This document shows, piece by piece, positions 1 to 16,000 of a stretch of 60,000 nt of DNA (within the stretch, counting starts at the first letter, position 1; every line of letters begins with the position of its first letter). The stretch spans positions 4,280,001-4,340,000 of the forward strand of contig NC_087252.1 in assembly GCF_037042905.1 (NCBI RefSeq), in the 5' to 3' direction. Source of the DNA: Lytechinus pictus (lineage: Eukaryota). The position numbers and the translations under genes are program-made. The notes under the pieces were generated by a model that saw only the letters and a list, made by a program, of their open reading frames with translations, ran no database searches and was not told the DNA's origin.

Positions 1-260
1 GAAGTTTGATTTTAGAGTGAAAATGCTTGATCACATAGACCTACAACAACTTTTTTTATTTTCCGTCTTACCTTTTCGATTTGACCTTTTAATGAAACGT
101 TTTATCCCCGTTTTTTTTTAAATACTCAGAATTTCACTCGTGTGTTTTATGATATTGTATTTAGGCCTATTCCATTTTATCTGACTCAATTCAAACATTG
201 AAAATGAATTTTCAGGTTTGCCAAAATCTTTATCAAACTGTTTTTTATAACCTCTGCAAG

Positions 261-496
261 CTTTGGCAGAGCCCCTGGAACCAGTCATCAAGTTATGTCA
301 TGTGACAACGCCAGGACACTGTACTTACTTCATTGACAAGAACCCACCTGAGCAGGTGAACTTGGTTTGTGAGCTCCATCAAGTTCGACCCCCTGTAAAC
401 CTTACCTGGAAAAAGATCGACGGCATATTGCGGGAAACTGATCCACCGCTTGTATATGATCAAAATGGACTCTACACCGTCTCATCTGTATTACAG
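261..496 (+). CDS. Gene A exon: N-terminal part of Ig C-type domain
   Basis: ALAEPLEPVIKLCHVTTPGHC...VNLVCELHQVRPPVNLTW...NGLYTVSSVLQ; acceptor aag at 258-260; phase-0 donor GT at 497; paralogous to 46480-46712. Confidence 0.85.
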
Positions 497-3400
497 GTTA
501 AGTGACATAATGAAACAGTTTATGCTGTAGTCACATTCCCTCCACGGCCACCGTACGGCGAGTCCAAAAAAACGTTTTATTTAATTTTATTCAAACTACC
601 TACATGTAGCAGGTACAAACATGTAAAAAAAGGCTGTTTTCAAGTCGCCGTTTGGCGACCGTAGGGGAAATGTGACTGCGCCATTACTACAAAAAAGAAA
701 TCATTCGAGTTTAAACCAAAAGAGTTGAACATTAATTTGGAAAACATATGTTTCATGGTTTTTGAAGTACAAAAATTTATAATAAATATTCAAACTAAGT
801 ACTGAAATTACCAAAATGAATAAATCCTATTAAGACAATTTGATGAATGGTAATATTTAGTCAAAGATATTCATGTTTATGCCATTCACTTATACATTAT
901 CATGTACTTGTACTTTTTTCTTTTTGTCTGAATAATATGCCGTAAACTTGATATTTCAGCTTTCACAAAGTAAAAGTGTCAGAAATTAAATAGTATTCAT
1001 GCCGATGCTGCATTCTTTATTATCAGATATCCAGGTCCGAGTTCGATCATCAGTATAAATGCGAAGCGAGAGGACAGGCGGTAAATGGGGTCTCTTCCAC
1101 GACAGCGTCCTTTGGTAGTAAAACTACGGAAACCCCCCAAACAGGTACTATCCTTAACCCTGATGCAAACTTTTCAGGGTTTTTCATTTGATTCATTTAA
1201 TTAGTGACGCATTCTATTATTTTTCAAATTCTTGTTTGTTATATTGATTTTATCAATAACACGTAGTCCTACATTTTTTATCAGTTAAATCATAAGTGGC
1301 ATCTGGGAGAAGATGCCCTGTGTCGATTTATGAAGCAATGCAATATTATTTGGTTAAACAAACACAAACAAAGGCGTAGAAAGATGCGAGCGCGAAGCAC
1401 GAGCCAATTTTTTTTTATTTTTTTTTTTGGGGGGGGGCGGGTTAAGGTTGATGCTATTCTTGCCTGAAAACAGGTCCGGCAGTTATCATAGAGACCAGGG
1501 CTGCTCAACCAATAATAAACAAGGCTTTATCTCGAGTTTCATTTCAGCGCTCGTGCGTTCAAGGAATTAATCCTGCTGGGTACCCATTTACCTCACCTGG
1601 GTCGAGTGCAGCACAGTGAGGATAAATTTCTTACCTTAAGGAAAACACGACATGGCTAGGATTTGAACCCACGACCCTCTGTTTGGAAAGCGAGAGTCAG
1701 ATATATAATCCTTCATCAAAGGTTATACGTCTCATTCAGTAATAGCAAGGATCAACATTTTCACGAAAGGTTAGGCTACACGTCCACCAGACCCGACGCG
1801 ATTATCCAATTGAACAGAACAATCGCATTATATTAGTTCAATCAGACTGCTTACTTATTAAAAAAAATAAGACTTTTTCTTTTCATCTTGTCGTTCTATC
1901 TATTTCAGGGTTACATCCGGGATATATAGTTCTCATAACATTTCTCATATTAGGGATAGTCATCATACTTGTTTTAATCGTAGTGTTCTATCACATAAAG
2001 GTCGGCATACCCTGCTTATCACGAGGTAAATATTGACATTTCCTTGTAGTTATTTAGAAAATATTTGAGAACCATATTCAGTACAATCTCTCAATATCAC
2101 TATTATAAAAAAAAACAACTTCAGATGTAGTTTCAGCGGAGTGATCAAGCAAGATACTTGAGAAATAATTTTATCATTTGATGTTCAATGTGCCTCTACA
2201 TTTTCGGAAAAATATACGTCACAAAGATCTCTTTTCGTTTTGGAGTGGCAGTGCAAGTATATTTTGATAAAAGTAAAATTACCTGAAAGTCATGACACCT
2301 TTTTTCTCGATTAAATACGAGGTAGTTTTCGCATTTACTACGAGGAATGTCTCTACAATTAAGGCATCGATTCACTTGAAAATGCAATTTAACTCACAAT
2401 GGAGAGCTGAGAGGCTTTGTCGAGGACAGAAGATCATCCGAAGACTTGCACCGGTCGAAAAATTACAAATATTTCGTTGTCAAGAATCCAGACATTCTGA
2501 TACTGTCCCGGTCCACCAACTTTCGACAAAAGCCTGTCAGCTCTCCATTTTCTGACTGTCTTTTCTTCTCTCCGTTCTTTCCCCTTCTTTTCCAATACTT
2601 GGAAAATATAAGAGTGCTGCACCTCCCCCCCCTCGTGCCCCTGTTCCTGTCTGAATAGCCAACATACTCATTTGTTTTTTCTGCATTAATATTTTTATAG
2701 GGCCTTTCTAGAACTTGTATACCCGTTTTGCAATTTATTTATATTGATGACATCATCTCTGTTGGATTTTCTCGTTTGTTTTTCGTCTAGACGATTGTGT
2801 GCATCGTGGTGAAATGGAAAAAAAACAAGACATAGATTCTAAGACATGCAACATTGGTTAACAATTACTAGATGAATACGTGTTAATTGCTTCGCTTAAA
2901 CAGTTAAAGGAACACGTACAGAATTTTCCTCTGTAATAATTGTCATTGATAGGACATGAGCTGAAGCCACATCATAGCAAGTTTACATGAATATCATTTG
3001 ATAATTTCATTCCCAATCTAGATGGAGCTGGATCTGCAAATCTTGACAGTATACCTTTAAACGAAGTACAAAGTAAGATTGTTTCCAATACCTCTGTTAT
3101 GTTCAATATAAACGAAATTTTGCAAAATATCGCTAAAAAACTGGCGTAATTGAGTAAACCCCATCAAAATCACAAAAACGTTCTATAGGCCTTCGTTATT
3201 TCTGAATCACCAGGTGCATCACGCTTTCTTATTACCAACAAAAAGTTTCAACTGTGCTCCTTTAAAAATTCCAATCTAATTTATGAAACATTGCACGTTA
3301 CCATGCCAAAAAGATGCCGAGAATTTATGTTGGAAAGTTTTGCATTGCTAATGGTTCAAATATATACTGTTTTCTTGAAAGTGCATTTCACAGTCTAGGG

Positions 3401-6400
3401 TAATAATTAATAAAAAGGAATGGTCGGGTCAGTTAATATCTGCGTGAAGGACATGGCCCTACTCACATGATAACACGTGATGAGATCCAGGATTTTCCAA
3501 AAAGGGGTAAGAGGGAACAAGCAAAAAAAGGTTTTTAAGAATTGGATTTAGAAATAGATCTATAAAGCCTACAAGACCTGAGTAAGGGTACCGGTAATGT
3601 GAGGGAGCCAGGAGCTGATTCATTCCTGGCAACGTGAAAGTCCACGCTCGTGCATACTCTTATTACATCTTAAAGACGCAATATAAAACTAATCCAATTA
3701 TCATTTATCCATTATTCTATTTATATTAAGATACATTCATTTTCTAGTGTTAACTAGTTGTTGCCCTCCTTATCCTGTACTGATTATTTTATATGAATAT
3801 ACAATTTGATCTTCTTTTAAAAGACTTTAAAGAATAAAATTAACTTGAATTTGAATTAATCATTTATTCAATTTGATGTTAGGTAGGCCTATTTCATGAA
3901 CGTCATTAATCATCATTACCAATACTATCGTTATTACCATTTCATTATTATCATTCTCCTTATCAAATTTTGCATCAATTCTACATTGGAGGTCTTCGAA
4001 GAAATATACGGGACTACAGCCCTGGATCGCTAACGGACAAGGTTCTTGCGCGGGGTACATATCCAAATGCACCTACACGAATGGCAATCGTTGGTCTTAC
4101 AGGTGCGGGGAAATCATCCTTCATACGGTCCTTGAAATGTGCGTACTCCGGTGAGTTCTGTAACTATTTCCAGCCCGAGACCTATGAAAAAGAACTACCA
4201 TAATAACACTAGAGGCAACACAAGCATTTACAGAAACAAAAACAAAAACAAGAATAATGATAACAGCAATGGTATAATGGTAAATAATGATCAAACTAAT
4301 TAGGATGTCGAAAATCATGATTGTAATGATAGAAATAATCATTAAGTTGAAAACACGATGATGATACTATACTCCTGATGATGGTAAGAATAAAAATGAG
4401 ATGGTAATGATATTAACGATGATGAGCATAGGTGTAGTGGTTCTTAGTCTCGGCTTTTAATTAGAAGGTTGTGTGGTCGAATCCAACTGTTATTATCTAG
4501 CGTCCTTTGGCAAGGCGTTAATCCACAATTTCCCACTCTGAACCCAGATGCTAAATGGGTACCCAGTGTGATGTGAAAGTTATCGTGACTTGTCTAGTAC
4601 GGTGTGCACCTCAATGGCGACATACTGGAATGCTCGCCAGGGAATATACGATGTGTGTGCAGGAATGACTGATTGAATTCGATGACCGGGGAAATGATAT
4701 AATCTGAAAAGCGCTAAGACATGTTTAAAACAAATGTATGTCTTAAACGTATTACAAATATCATTATTTAGAACAACAACAATAATAACAATAACAACAA
4801 TAACAATGATGATTGTAGTAAAAACAATAATACTGATAAATGTAATTGATAATGATGACAACAGAAGTAATAATGGCGATGTTAAACAATGGTGGGTAAA
4901 ATGTTCTTTCTCTTATTTTTTTTGAAGGTGTGTATAACAAAGAGATAGAGGTCGTCGCAGGATCATCTTCTGGTGGAGTCACATTAGAACCAACCTTCTA
5001 TAAAATCACGGATAACATACACATACAAGACAACAAAGGAATGCGTGACTTAGCTATTAATAAGATTAATAAGACGATAATGACAAATATAAGTAAGATA
5101 ACATTTAATTAGTATATATCATATCTCAATAATATAATACAATAATGTAGGCCTATTAACATTTAAAAGATATCTCAGAAAGCTTCAATTCATTTGTAAA
5201 CGTAAATAATGATTCTCACTTTACTTTTAATTTGATGTGAATATATATTAGTATATATGTTAATCATTCACGAATTATCATGTACTCTAACCATGCCATA
5301 TTCAGCCGTCTGTTTTCTTTTGTGAAACGATGAATATATACACAAAGTATTAAAAATATTTATTATTTGTGAAGAAATCGGCATAACCCCAATCCTACGT
5401 ACACATTGCAGATCAAATAAAACAGAATGGGTAATGGTACGTCTATTATAAGTATTCATTTAGAATGGAGAAGGATAAATTATAACTTGTAATGTTACGC
5501 ATGGCCCGCTGGAAGAACAAATAACCGAAGTGGTTTTCCTGGATAAATAAGAGTTATCATTAATGTTATCATTATCATTATTATCATTATCATCATTATT
5601 ATCAATAATATTATTGTTATCATTATTATTGTGAATATAATTATTACAATTCTTTTCATTATTATCATTATTTAATCTCCGATTTTTTCCCTTCCTGTTA
5701 TCCTCTTGACGTTTTGTCATGGATCTGCCATCAGAAGAGAAAGTGATATCTCTCCTTATATTTGTAATTCGGTGAGTAATTATTTTTCAATAAAAAAACA
5801 TGTCCTGAACTTTGGTAAAGGATTAAAGATATGAACTATTCTAAATCTCTGTCCTTAAAGTTATCGTATAACACATAGATCGAACGCACTCTCATGGGTA
5901 GGTTTTTCTTTAATAAAGAACTTCATTTTGACACTTCCTGAAAATTAAAACAAAATCATGTTAGAAGGCTTTACGAGTAAAGCATCCTGAATTGTTCGAT
6001 TTCATAGTTAGGGATCAATTTAATATTTTTTTTATTAAAGAAAAATTATTTTGCCAGGGACCCAAAGCGTTCATCCTTTGCGCAACTTATGGTTTATGAT
6101 ATATACATTTATTCACTAGATGTTTTACATATAATTGATTTCAAAGTGTGTAACGGAATAACTTCACACTAACAAAACTTAATACAGGTTTTGTATTATA
6201 GTTAACTCTGATGAATTGATTATACTTATTACGAAATGAATAAAGAATTAAAGCGTGGAAATTCACCCATTCCTCATTTTGGTGAAATAATCACGCATCA
6301 GGTAATACCGAGATCCCACTTTCATGATTCGCCATAATGGTAGTATTTTATTTTTTGTATGGTGTCTTGGAAAACCATTTCTTAATCATTTCAAAACTTG

Positions 6401-8635
6401 GTAGTGATGCAGAATATTGTATTCATCAGCATCACCCATACTTGCTTGGGGCTCATTTTAACATTGCTGTTTGATTAACGGTTTTGGCCTTGAGCGACTT
6501 GGCCTTCGAAATACATTTCTGAGTTTCCCCGAATTGTCAATTTTTAACTAAAAAATAACAATCCATTCTCTTCCCATTAGTCCAAATGATGTACAAAACG
6601 ATGTTGAGACCGTCACCAAATTTCTCACTAAACTATCCAAAGCGGTGAGGACCGAGTTCGGTAAGGATTCCTATTTTTATATTTTTTATTTTTTATTTTG
6701 TTTTTCGACTATTTATATGGTTTTAAAGCAATGGCGTTAACCGTTACAGCAACAGTCCAAATCTCACTAGTCCCTTCTAGTGGAGCGGTTATGTGACAAA
6801 AAATGGCCAAGATGCTCGGATCTGGCAGAAAGTGTGAAATTTGGCATACAGGGGTATTTTTGGGCGCTGATTTAAAAAATTGCCGGCCCCAAGCGATTTG
6901 ACCATCGGGTCGGCCGCCATTTTGAAATCCAAGATGGCCGCCATGAAATATCATTAAATGTCAATTTCTTGAGTTTTACATGGCATGTGACACTGAAATT
7001 TGGCATATAGGGGTATTTTGAGGCACTGATTTCAAATATTGCCGGCCCCCAGCAATTTGACCATTTGGTCGGCGGCAAAATGGCCGCCATCTTGAAATCC
7101 AAGATGGCCACCATGATATATTATTGCAATCATTTTCTCGAGTTTTATATGAACTGCGGTATTGAAATTTGGCATATAGGCTTAATTTGGGGTGCTGATT
7201 TCAAATATTGCCGGCCCGCGCGTTTCCGTTTTACACCCTGGCGAAGGCATTTTCCGGAAAAATAGCCACAAAGCGACTAGTGAAGAGTCTACGTCTACGT
7301 TTGTTTACAAAATCAGCTGGGCGCGCGATCCAAAAGTCCGCGCCGAAGATATCCGCAGAACATACGTGCAAATGCAGCTGAGCAGACCAAAAGCTTCAAT
7401 CTCTGTATTTTGGTTGTTCCGCTGAACTATATACGTTGGCTTCATGATTTTTTTTTACTTTATCGCACATGATCGTTTATATGAATGAAAACGAATAATA
7501 GCTAAAATATTGAAAAATAAAACACATAATTACTTTTTTTCATATTATATCTATCCTTATATCTATCATATCTGTCTATCCACTATCTATGATATAAATC
7601 AATATATGGTACTACATGATATATCTATCTGCTAATTTGTCTATCTACTCTGTCTCTCTCATTCTCTATCTACCTATCTATCTGTCTATCTATCTATCCA
7701 TCTAACATCTATCTCTCAAATTCTTTATCTATCCATCTGTCTCTCTTTTATTTCTCTCTATCCATCTGTTAATCTACTCATGTGCAATATCACCACTGCT
7801 TCGACTTCCTTCGGGAGTCTATTTCCTCAGCTCTACTTTTCCCTTTTTTGTGCTCGATTTGATTCAATTACTACTTTATTTACTTGTTACCATTGTTAAA
7901 TGTCTTGTATTGCATAATGAGTTTTTTTTCTGAAGGTTGCTTCCTATTCTCTTTCAAATTCCACCTCTTACTTTCCCTTCTCTTTGTCTTATCCCAATTT
8001 CTTTCCCTTTTCTCACCTCTTTCTTCTTAATCTTTCATTCCGCCCTTTTCTTCTTTGGTGACACTTTACTTTTGGCCTTTTGTATTTATTTATGATACAT
8101 TTCTTTTTTATCTGTATGAATTTGTATTGTATTTGATATTTATTTATAATGTTTACTTTATATTTTGTTATGATTCTATTTGTATGTAAACATTCACTTA
8201 TTTCAGTCTTTGACTGCTTGTGATTGTATTTTGATAGTTTTTATTGCAATAAAATCCAACACATTTATAGGCCTATATATATATATATATCTCAAATTCT
8301 CTCTATCTATCCATCTGTCTGTCTTTTTCTCTCTCTCTCTGTTTCTCTCTATCCGTCTATCTATCTCTCGAATTCTCTCTATCCATCTGTCTGTCTGTCT
8401 CTCAAATTCTCTCTCTCTATCTATCTATCCATCTGTCTGTCTTTTTCTCTCTATCCGTCTATGTATCTATCTCTCAAATTATATATCTATCTATATATCT
8501 ATCTATCTATCTTCTATCTATCGATCTATCTATATGTAACTGCAGTATCTATCGATCTGTTAATTTGTCGCTCTTCTCTGTCTCTCTCATTCTTTATCTA
8601 TCTAACATCTATCTATCTCTCTCTATCTCTCTCCC

Positions 8636-8681
<46 letters not shown>

Positions 8682-8778
8682 CATCTGTCTTGTTTTCTCT
8701 CTTTCTCTCTTTCTCCTTTTCCGTCCATATATATATCTATCTATCTATAACATCTCTCCCTCTCTCAAGTTCTCTCCC

Positions 8779-8841
<63 letters not shown>

Positions 8842-9129
8842 CTATCTATATTTATCTATCTATGTAACTACAGTATCTATCTATCTGTTAATTTGTATAT
8901 CTTCTCTGTCTCTCTCATTCTTTATCTATCTATCCATCTAACATCTACCTATCTCTCAAATTCTCTATCTCTCTCTCTCTCCCTCTCTCTATCTATCTAT
9001 CCATCTGTCTGTCTTTCTCTATTTCTCTCTATCTATCTATCTTCTATCTATCTATCTATCTATCTATCTATGTTACTACAGTATCTATCTATCTGTTAAT
9101 TTGTCTATCTTCTCTGTCTCTCTCATTCT

Positions 9130-9201
<72 letters not shown>

Positions 9202-9488
9202 TTATCTATCTATCTATATATCTATTTAACATCTATCTATCTTTCAAATTCTCTATCTCTCTCTCCATCTATCTATCTATCCATACGGTCTGTCTTTTTT
9301 TCTCTCTCTCTATTTCTCTTTTTCCGTCCATATACATATATCTATCTATCTATAACATCTCTCCATCTCTCAAGTTCTCTCCCCCATCTATCTATCTATC
9401 TATCTATCTTTTATCTATTTATCTATCTATGTAACTACAGTATCTATCTATCTGTTAATTTATCTATCTTCTCTGTCTCTCTCATTCT

Positions 9489-9523
<35 letters not shown>

Positions 9524-9835
9524 ACATGTACCTATCTCTCTCTCCCCCCTCTATCTATCTATCCATCTGTCTGTCTTTCTCTATTTCTCTCTATCTATCT
9601 TCTATCTATCAATTTATCTAGCTATCTATGTAACTACAGTTTCTATTTATCTGTTAATTTGTCTATCTTCTCTGTCTCTCTCATTCTTTATCTATCTATC
9701 TATCTAACATCTATCTATCTCTCAGATTCTCTCTCTCTCTCTCTCTCTCTCCCCCTCTCTCTCTCTCTTTCTCTCTCTATCTATCCATCTGTCTGTCTTT
9801 TTTTCTCTCTCTCTATTTTTCTTTATCCGTCCATA

Positions 9836-9894
<59 letters not shown>

Positions 9895-9996
9895 GACATC
9901 TCTCCATCTCTCAAGTTCTCTTCCCCATCTATCTATCTATCTATCTATCCATCCATCTATGTCTTTCTCTCTCTCTCTCTACTTCTAGCTATCTAT

Positions 9997-10080
<84 letters not shown>

Positions 10081-13000
10081 GTCTCTATCTATTTATCAGT
10101 CTTCTATATCTATCTTTCGGCATCTAAGTGTATCAATCCATCAAACTTCAATTTTCTTTCTATTATATGTATCTGTTTATTTTTATTTTGTCTGTCATTC
10201 TATTCATTTAGTTAATAATTTATATTTAGAAAAAAAAAAATTTCATAACTATTCATTAAAAAAACGTTACTGCAAAAGCATGTTCGGATTTCACTCATAA
10301 GACTGCTCTCTGTACATGAAGTGCCGAGGAACTCTATGCTCTGATCAGTAACTGTGCAGATTGCATGCGGTTGTGTGGGACTCGCCTGTGTCGCACGCTG
10401 CAACCAGCGACGTGTGTAGACTCTTCACTAGTCGCTTTGTGGCTATTTTTGCGGAAAATGCCTTCGCCAGGGTGTAAAACGGAAACGCGCTGCCGGTGTA
10501 GCGGCGGATTTGGTCCACCGGCGGATACCGTATCCGCCGGCAGATATGGTTCTAAATGGCCGATATCGTTTTTAATCGGAACCATATCCGCCGGGTTTGA
10601 CGCGGCTTGATGTTTGCAGATTTGGTTCCTCGGCGGATTTGGTTCTATTGACTATACGTTTAATGTTGATTTGGACAGACAACCTCGGCAGCGCGCGCAT
10701 GCGCGGCTCTGCAGCTCGATCGCAATGGGGGGGGGGGGGGGGTTTCGTCCGCCTTTAGTGAATTCTTATTCAGGGGCGGATCCATACAGCTTTTGACAAA
10801 GGGCTCGATGGGGATAAGGATTAATAGGAGAAATGATGTCTCGATATTTCATGTATTACATAGACCTGGCACATACGCCAAAACTATGCTATTTATTATA
10901 AGATTTTGATGAAATTTTCATCATTCTATTTTGTGAATTTTTATACTTCTTTCAGTCCGCAGTATGCATCGACCTCTTTAACTGTGCTTTTTCACACCAT
11001 GTTTAGTGTCAGTTTGCCAGACTGTTTGGCGAAAATTTGCACCCCATATAGGCCTATAGGTTTTTTAAACTACAAATGTTTAGAAAAATTTCAACATATT
11101 TCAAAATAAATGATGCAAATTATGTATGAAAATAATTATGTTTTGCTGTTTGCTCATAATATTATTGCTTGTAGAATGCTAATTTTGGTAAAAACACAAA
11201 TTTGATATTTCTAACAAACATCAAAAAAAAAATGTCAAAACGTGATCAACTTCTAGTGTAGTTAATTGTAAGCCTATTTTTAATTTTTCATGTATTTAAA
11301 AAAAGAATTAAAAAAAACATTCTTTTTTTTTCAATGTTAAGGAATCTGAATTAATTAAAGGGGACCGGAAGTTCACCCGGACAAAAGTTAGATACGCCAC
11401 GTACCGTTTGGTGCTCCCTAATTTACCTCTCAGTCATCTAATTTTAAGATCAATATGGGATCTTTAGTGAAATATAATTTCTCCTTTATATCTTTTGTTT
11501 CTCACTATACCCCTCCTGGTTTTCATTTCTTTATTTGTTTTGCCTTTCTTTCTATCCCTGCTCATTTCGCCCCTTTTGCCTCTTTTCCAGTTTCGTAACC
11601 TTTCTGGCACATTATGAATAATATATCTGGGGCGTATACGCGTGGGTAATATAGCACCAAAAAGAAGCAACAGAAAGAGGAAGGGGAGGGAGAGAAAATA
11701 AAAAAAATATACGAGAAAATGTGGAGGAAATAATAGTAATACATTGGAATTGCGTAAATCAAGAATTTCATTTGCAGTGATCATTATTTATACTTCCCTT
11801 TAGAAAGCTTAAAGGGATGGTCCGGGCTGAAAGTATTTATAGCTTAACAAATAGAGTAGAATTCACTGAGCAAAATGCCGAAAATTTCATCAAAATCGGA
11901 TAACAAAGTTATTGAATTTTAAAGTTTAGCAATATTTTGTGAAAACAGTCGTCATGAATATTCATTAGGTGGGCTGATGATGTCACATCTCCACTTGTTC
12001 TTTTGTATTTCATTATATGAAATTAGGTTTATTCAAATTTTTTCCTCTAAGAACTAGAAAAATTGATTTGTGCATTAAATATTTATTGCTGCAACTTATT
12101 TCATTATAAAAGAGACATATTATTCACACAAGTATGAAATAATGAAAAAAATATGATTTTATGTAATAACATAAGAAAACGGAAAGTGGAGATGTGACAT
12201 CATCAGCCCATCTAATGAATATTCATGACGACTGTTTTCACAAAATATTGCTAAACTTTAAACTTCAATAACTTTATTATTTGTTATCCGATTTTGATGA
12301 AATTTTCAGCATTTTGCTCAGTGAATTCTACTCTATGTATTAAGATATGAATATTTTCAGCCCGGACCATCCCTTTAATACAAAATACTGATTTTAATTA
12401 TCGAAACTGCCATTGTTTGCCTTCATTTAATACTCTGTATTAATCGATGCATATTGTGCCCAATTTATTCCTTAAAATTGTGATAAGAAGGATTTTTCAT
12501 ACTGCAATAAATTAATAGGTATGAAATAAATTAACAAATGCATGTTATTTGAATACAAGCATTATCTTGGGGGAAAATTCTTTGTATACTAGTAGTGCAG
12601 CAGACATTGACAGTTGAATGAAGACTAATGGGGCGTTGCAAGAAACTTGCGATCAATTGCAAGTCTATTTTCATTCCTGAAATCAAGCATATACCGTGCA
12701 ATTAATTGCAAATTTGCGATTGATTGCTAATCTGTTCCATGAAACAAGGAGTGTAATCTGATTTGCTATAGTTAAATGTGATCAATCAATGGAAAAATTG
12801 CAACAGAATATTTGCAATTGAACGCAAATATTTTCTTGCAACACCCCCTAAGTGTGGACTATTTAAAGACCCAGACCAGACCCCAAAATTTAATTGATAA
12901 ATCAGACAAATCGAAAGCTATTAATTTAAACTAAAAACAGAAATGCAAGTTTCATGCAGTCATCGCTTACAGCTCAATATATCGGGTTTCGAAAATGCTT

Positions 13001-16000
13001 TCACCGGCCTCGCAATGTTAGAAGTGGTGTAATTCCATAATCCATAGAGTTGTAACAAGAAAATGCGTTATTTTCCCCTTTCAGATTACGCATTTTATTT
13101 TTTCACTCATATCACATAGAGATAACATAAATATCTTTTTCTGCAAGCTTTAATTGATGAAATCTATCGCTTTTGACTAGTTTTCTCGTACCACGTGACG
13201 TATGTGAATGAAGGATATCGCGATAGCGCAAGAACGATATCTTCCGAAGAGAGTGGTACTGAATCCGCCAGAGTAGAACACGATCCGCCGGCGGATTTGG
13301 TGCCTAGAACAGTATCTGCCAGGCGCAGGATCCGCCGGTACACCGGCCCCAAGTGATTTGACCATCGGGTCGGCCGCCATTTTGAAATCCAAGATGGCCG
13401 CCATTTTGAAATCATAAATGTCACTTTCTTGAGTTTTACATGACGTGTGACACTGAAATTTGGTATGTTGGGGTATATTTAGGCACTGATTTCAAATATT
13501 GCCAGCCCCCAGCAGTTTGACCACTTGGTCAGCGGCTAAATGGCCGCCATTTTGAAATCCAAGATGGCCGCCATGAAAAATCATTAAATGTCATTTTCTT
13601 GAGTTTTACATGATATGTAACACTGAAATTTGGCATAAAGGCTTGATTTTGGGTGCTGATTTCAAATATTGCCGGCTCCAAGTGATTTGACCATCGCGTC
13701 GGCCGCCATTTTGAAATCCAAGATGGCCGCCATGAGAAATCATTAATGTCATTTTCTTGAGTTTTACATGACATGTGACATTGACATTTGGTAAGTTAAG
13801 GTATTTTTAGGCACTGATTTCAAATATTGCCAGCCCCCAGCAATTTGACCACTTGGTCAGCGGCTAAATGGCCGCCATTTTGAAATCCAAGATGGCCGCC
13901 ATGAAAAATCATTAAATGCCATTTTCTTGAGTTTTACATGATATGTGACACTGAAATTTGGCATATAGGCTTAATCCGGGGTGCTGATTTCAAATATTGC
14001 CGGCCTCAAGCGATTTGACCATCGGGTCAGCCGCCATTTGAAATCCAAGATGGCCGCCATGAAAAATCATTGAACTAATTTTCTTGAATTTTATATAATA
14101 TGTGCCACTGAAATTTGTAGTATATCGGTATCTGGGTGAGTTCATTCAAAAAGTTGCTGGCTCCAAGCAATCTGACAATTGGTCGGCGGAAAAATGGCCA
14201 TCATCTTGAATTCGAAGCTGGCTGCCATAGAAATATTGCAATTATTTCGTTGAGTTTTATATGATCTGCGGTATTGCACTTTGACATATAGAAGTAGTGT
14301 GGGGAGCTTATTTCAAATATTGCTGGCCCTCAGCGATCTGATCCCCTGATTCAGGGTTATACGGGCCAAAGATATTCATTCGAGCCAACCCATTTAATTC
14401 TAAATTTTTAATTTTGATATTGCTGATTGACAAAAATGAATGAATATGATTGATAATCTGACACTGATAATAGGGAGGGTAACTTTAATGAACTTCCTTT
14501 TTTCAAATTGGGAAGATATATCACCACTTTGGAACTATTTTTATACTGGCGGGAGAAGTATTGCCATTTTACTGTCTCAAGTGATGAATTTGATCCTGTC
14601 AGGTGTAGTCTTCATAAATGCCGATTTATTTTTAAAATGAGCTGGTCGAGGTACCCTTTTCTGGTCAGATATGGAATGTCAGACATATATCCTATCCACT
14701 GGACAGGTAGTAAACATTCAATTCTCGAATTTCATCGTTATTTTTTTTAGAGCGCCTCTTTAACACATGAGTCTAGGGAAATGTTTTAGGCCCGTGATAC
14801 CTCAGCTGCAAAATGGCAGCCATCTTGGAAATCCCAAAAAATGAAAATGTTTTTTATTGAACCCTCAGTATATCGACAAACAAATGATTTCACACCCGCT
14901 CCAGAAAGAAAAAAATTACCCATGATGAACCATTTATGCATTTTATATCACACAACATAATGGGGCAGCTGCTCGTACAGTATATGACGTCACAAATCAA
15001 AAACTTAATATTCTGATATCTTAGATGGATTTACCAATATCTTTTTAATATCATATTTTCTTGTGTTTTTACAAAAAACTTTTCTCCGGGGTGAACTTCC
15101 CTTTTTAAGGGATAGAGCAACGTCCGATGTGGCGCTGCTAAGTTGCTGCCGGGCTCACGATCTACAGGGTATGGGCAAAATAAATTTTCGGAGCATTTCT
15201 GTTACTGAATTCTATTTTGAACAATAAAATATGTATTATCATCATCCATCATTAATATTAATTCATCATCATCATCATCATACCACTATATAACCATTAG
15301 TACTTCAAGTCTGGAGCAGTTTTCTTCATGTCGATTTGTAATAAAATATCACAATTATTGGAACAATATTCTGAAACCAGCAGGCCAAAAACCTGCTTGT
15401 ATGTCTAAAATGCAGTGCCTCAAATTATTTAAAACCAAGAAAATAATTTTAATGAAGTTTCATGACAGTCGATCCTCTCTAGATTTCAAGATGGTGGCCA
15501 TTTTGCAGCATATCTATTGGACAGATTTTAAACTTTTAAAATATTACATAACATCTTTTTTAATGGCAGCCATCTTGGATTTCAAGATGGCTGACATTTT
15601 GCTTCTGACTCAGGGGATCAGATCGCTGAGGGCCAGCAATATTTGAAATAAGCACCCCGCACTCCGTCGATATGTCAAAGTGCAATACTGCAGATCATAT
15701 AAAACTCAAAGAAATAATTTACAGCCTCTCAACAGAAAATGATTGTTCCGGGTGGTTATTATTCAACCAAAGCCACTTCAAATGTGTAAACTGCAGAAGA
15801 AGCTAGCTGGTTTGTGTATTCATGGTGCTTCATAATTACGTAACATCTATATCAGCAATTAAGGGTGCCAAAGTATTATAATCCTTGCAACGGACAAAGA
15901 TGTGGTTGTGTTGGATTTGTTTTCGGTGCCAATACAATGGGTTTTATTCACCATTATAATGTACATCATTCAAACTTGGTAACCATATTGGAATTCAAAA

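Larger units (their letters stand above)
10497..13342. mobile_element. Ginger1-like non-autonomous DNA transposon
   Basis: TGTA...TACA termini (tgtagcggcggatt / gatccgccggtaca); CCGG TSD at 10493-10496 and 13343-13346; subterminal GGCGGAT repeats. Confidence 0.7.

Noticed and set aside
8180..9988. Long ORFs rich in YLSI/SIYL
   Set aside because: These are translations of the (TATC)n microsatellite, not proteins.
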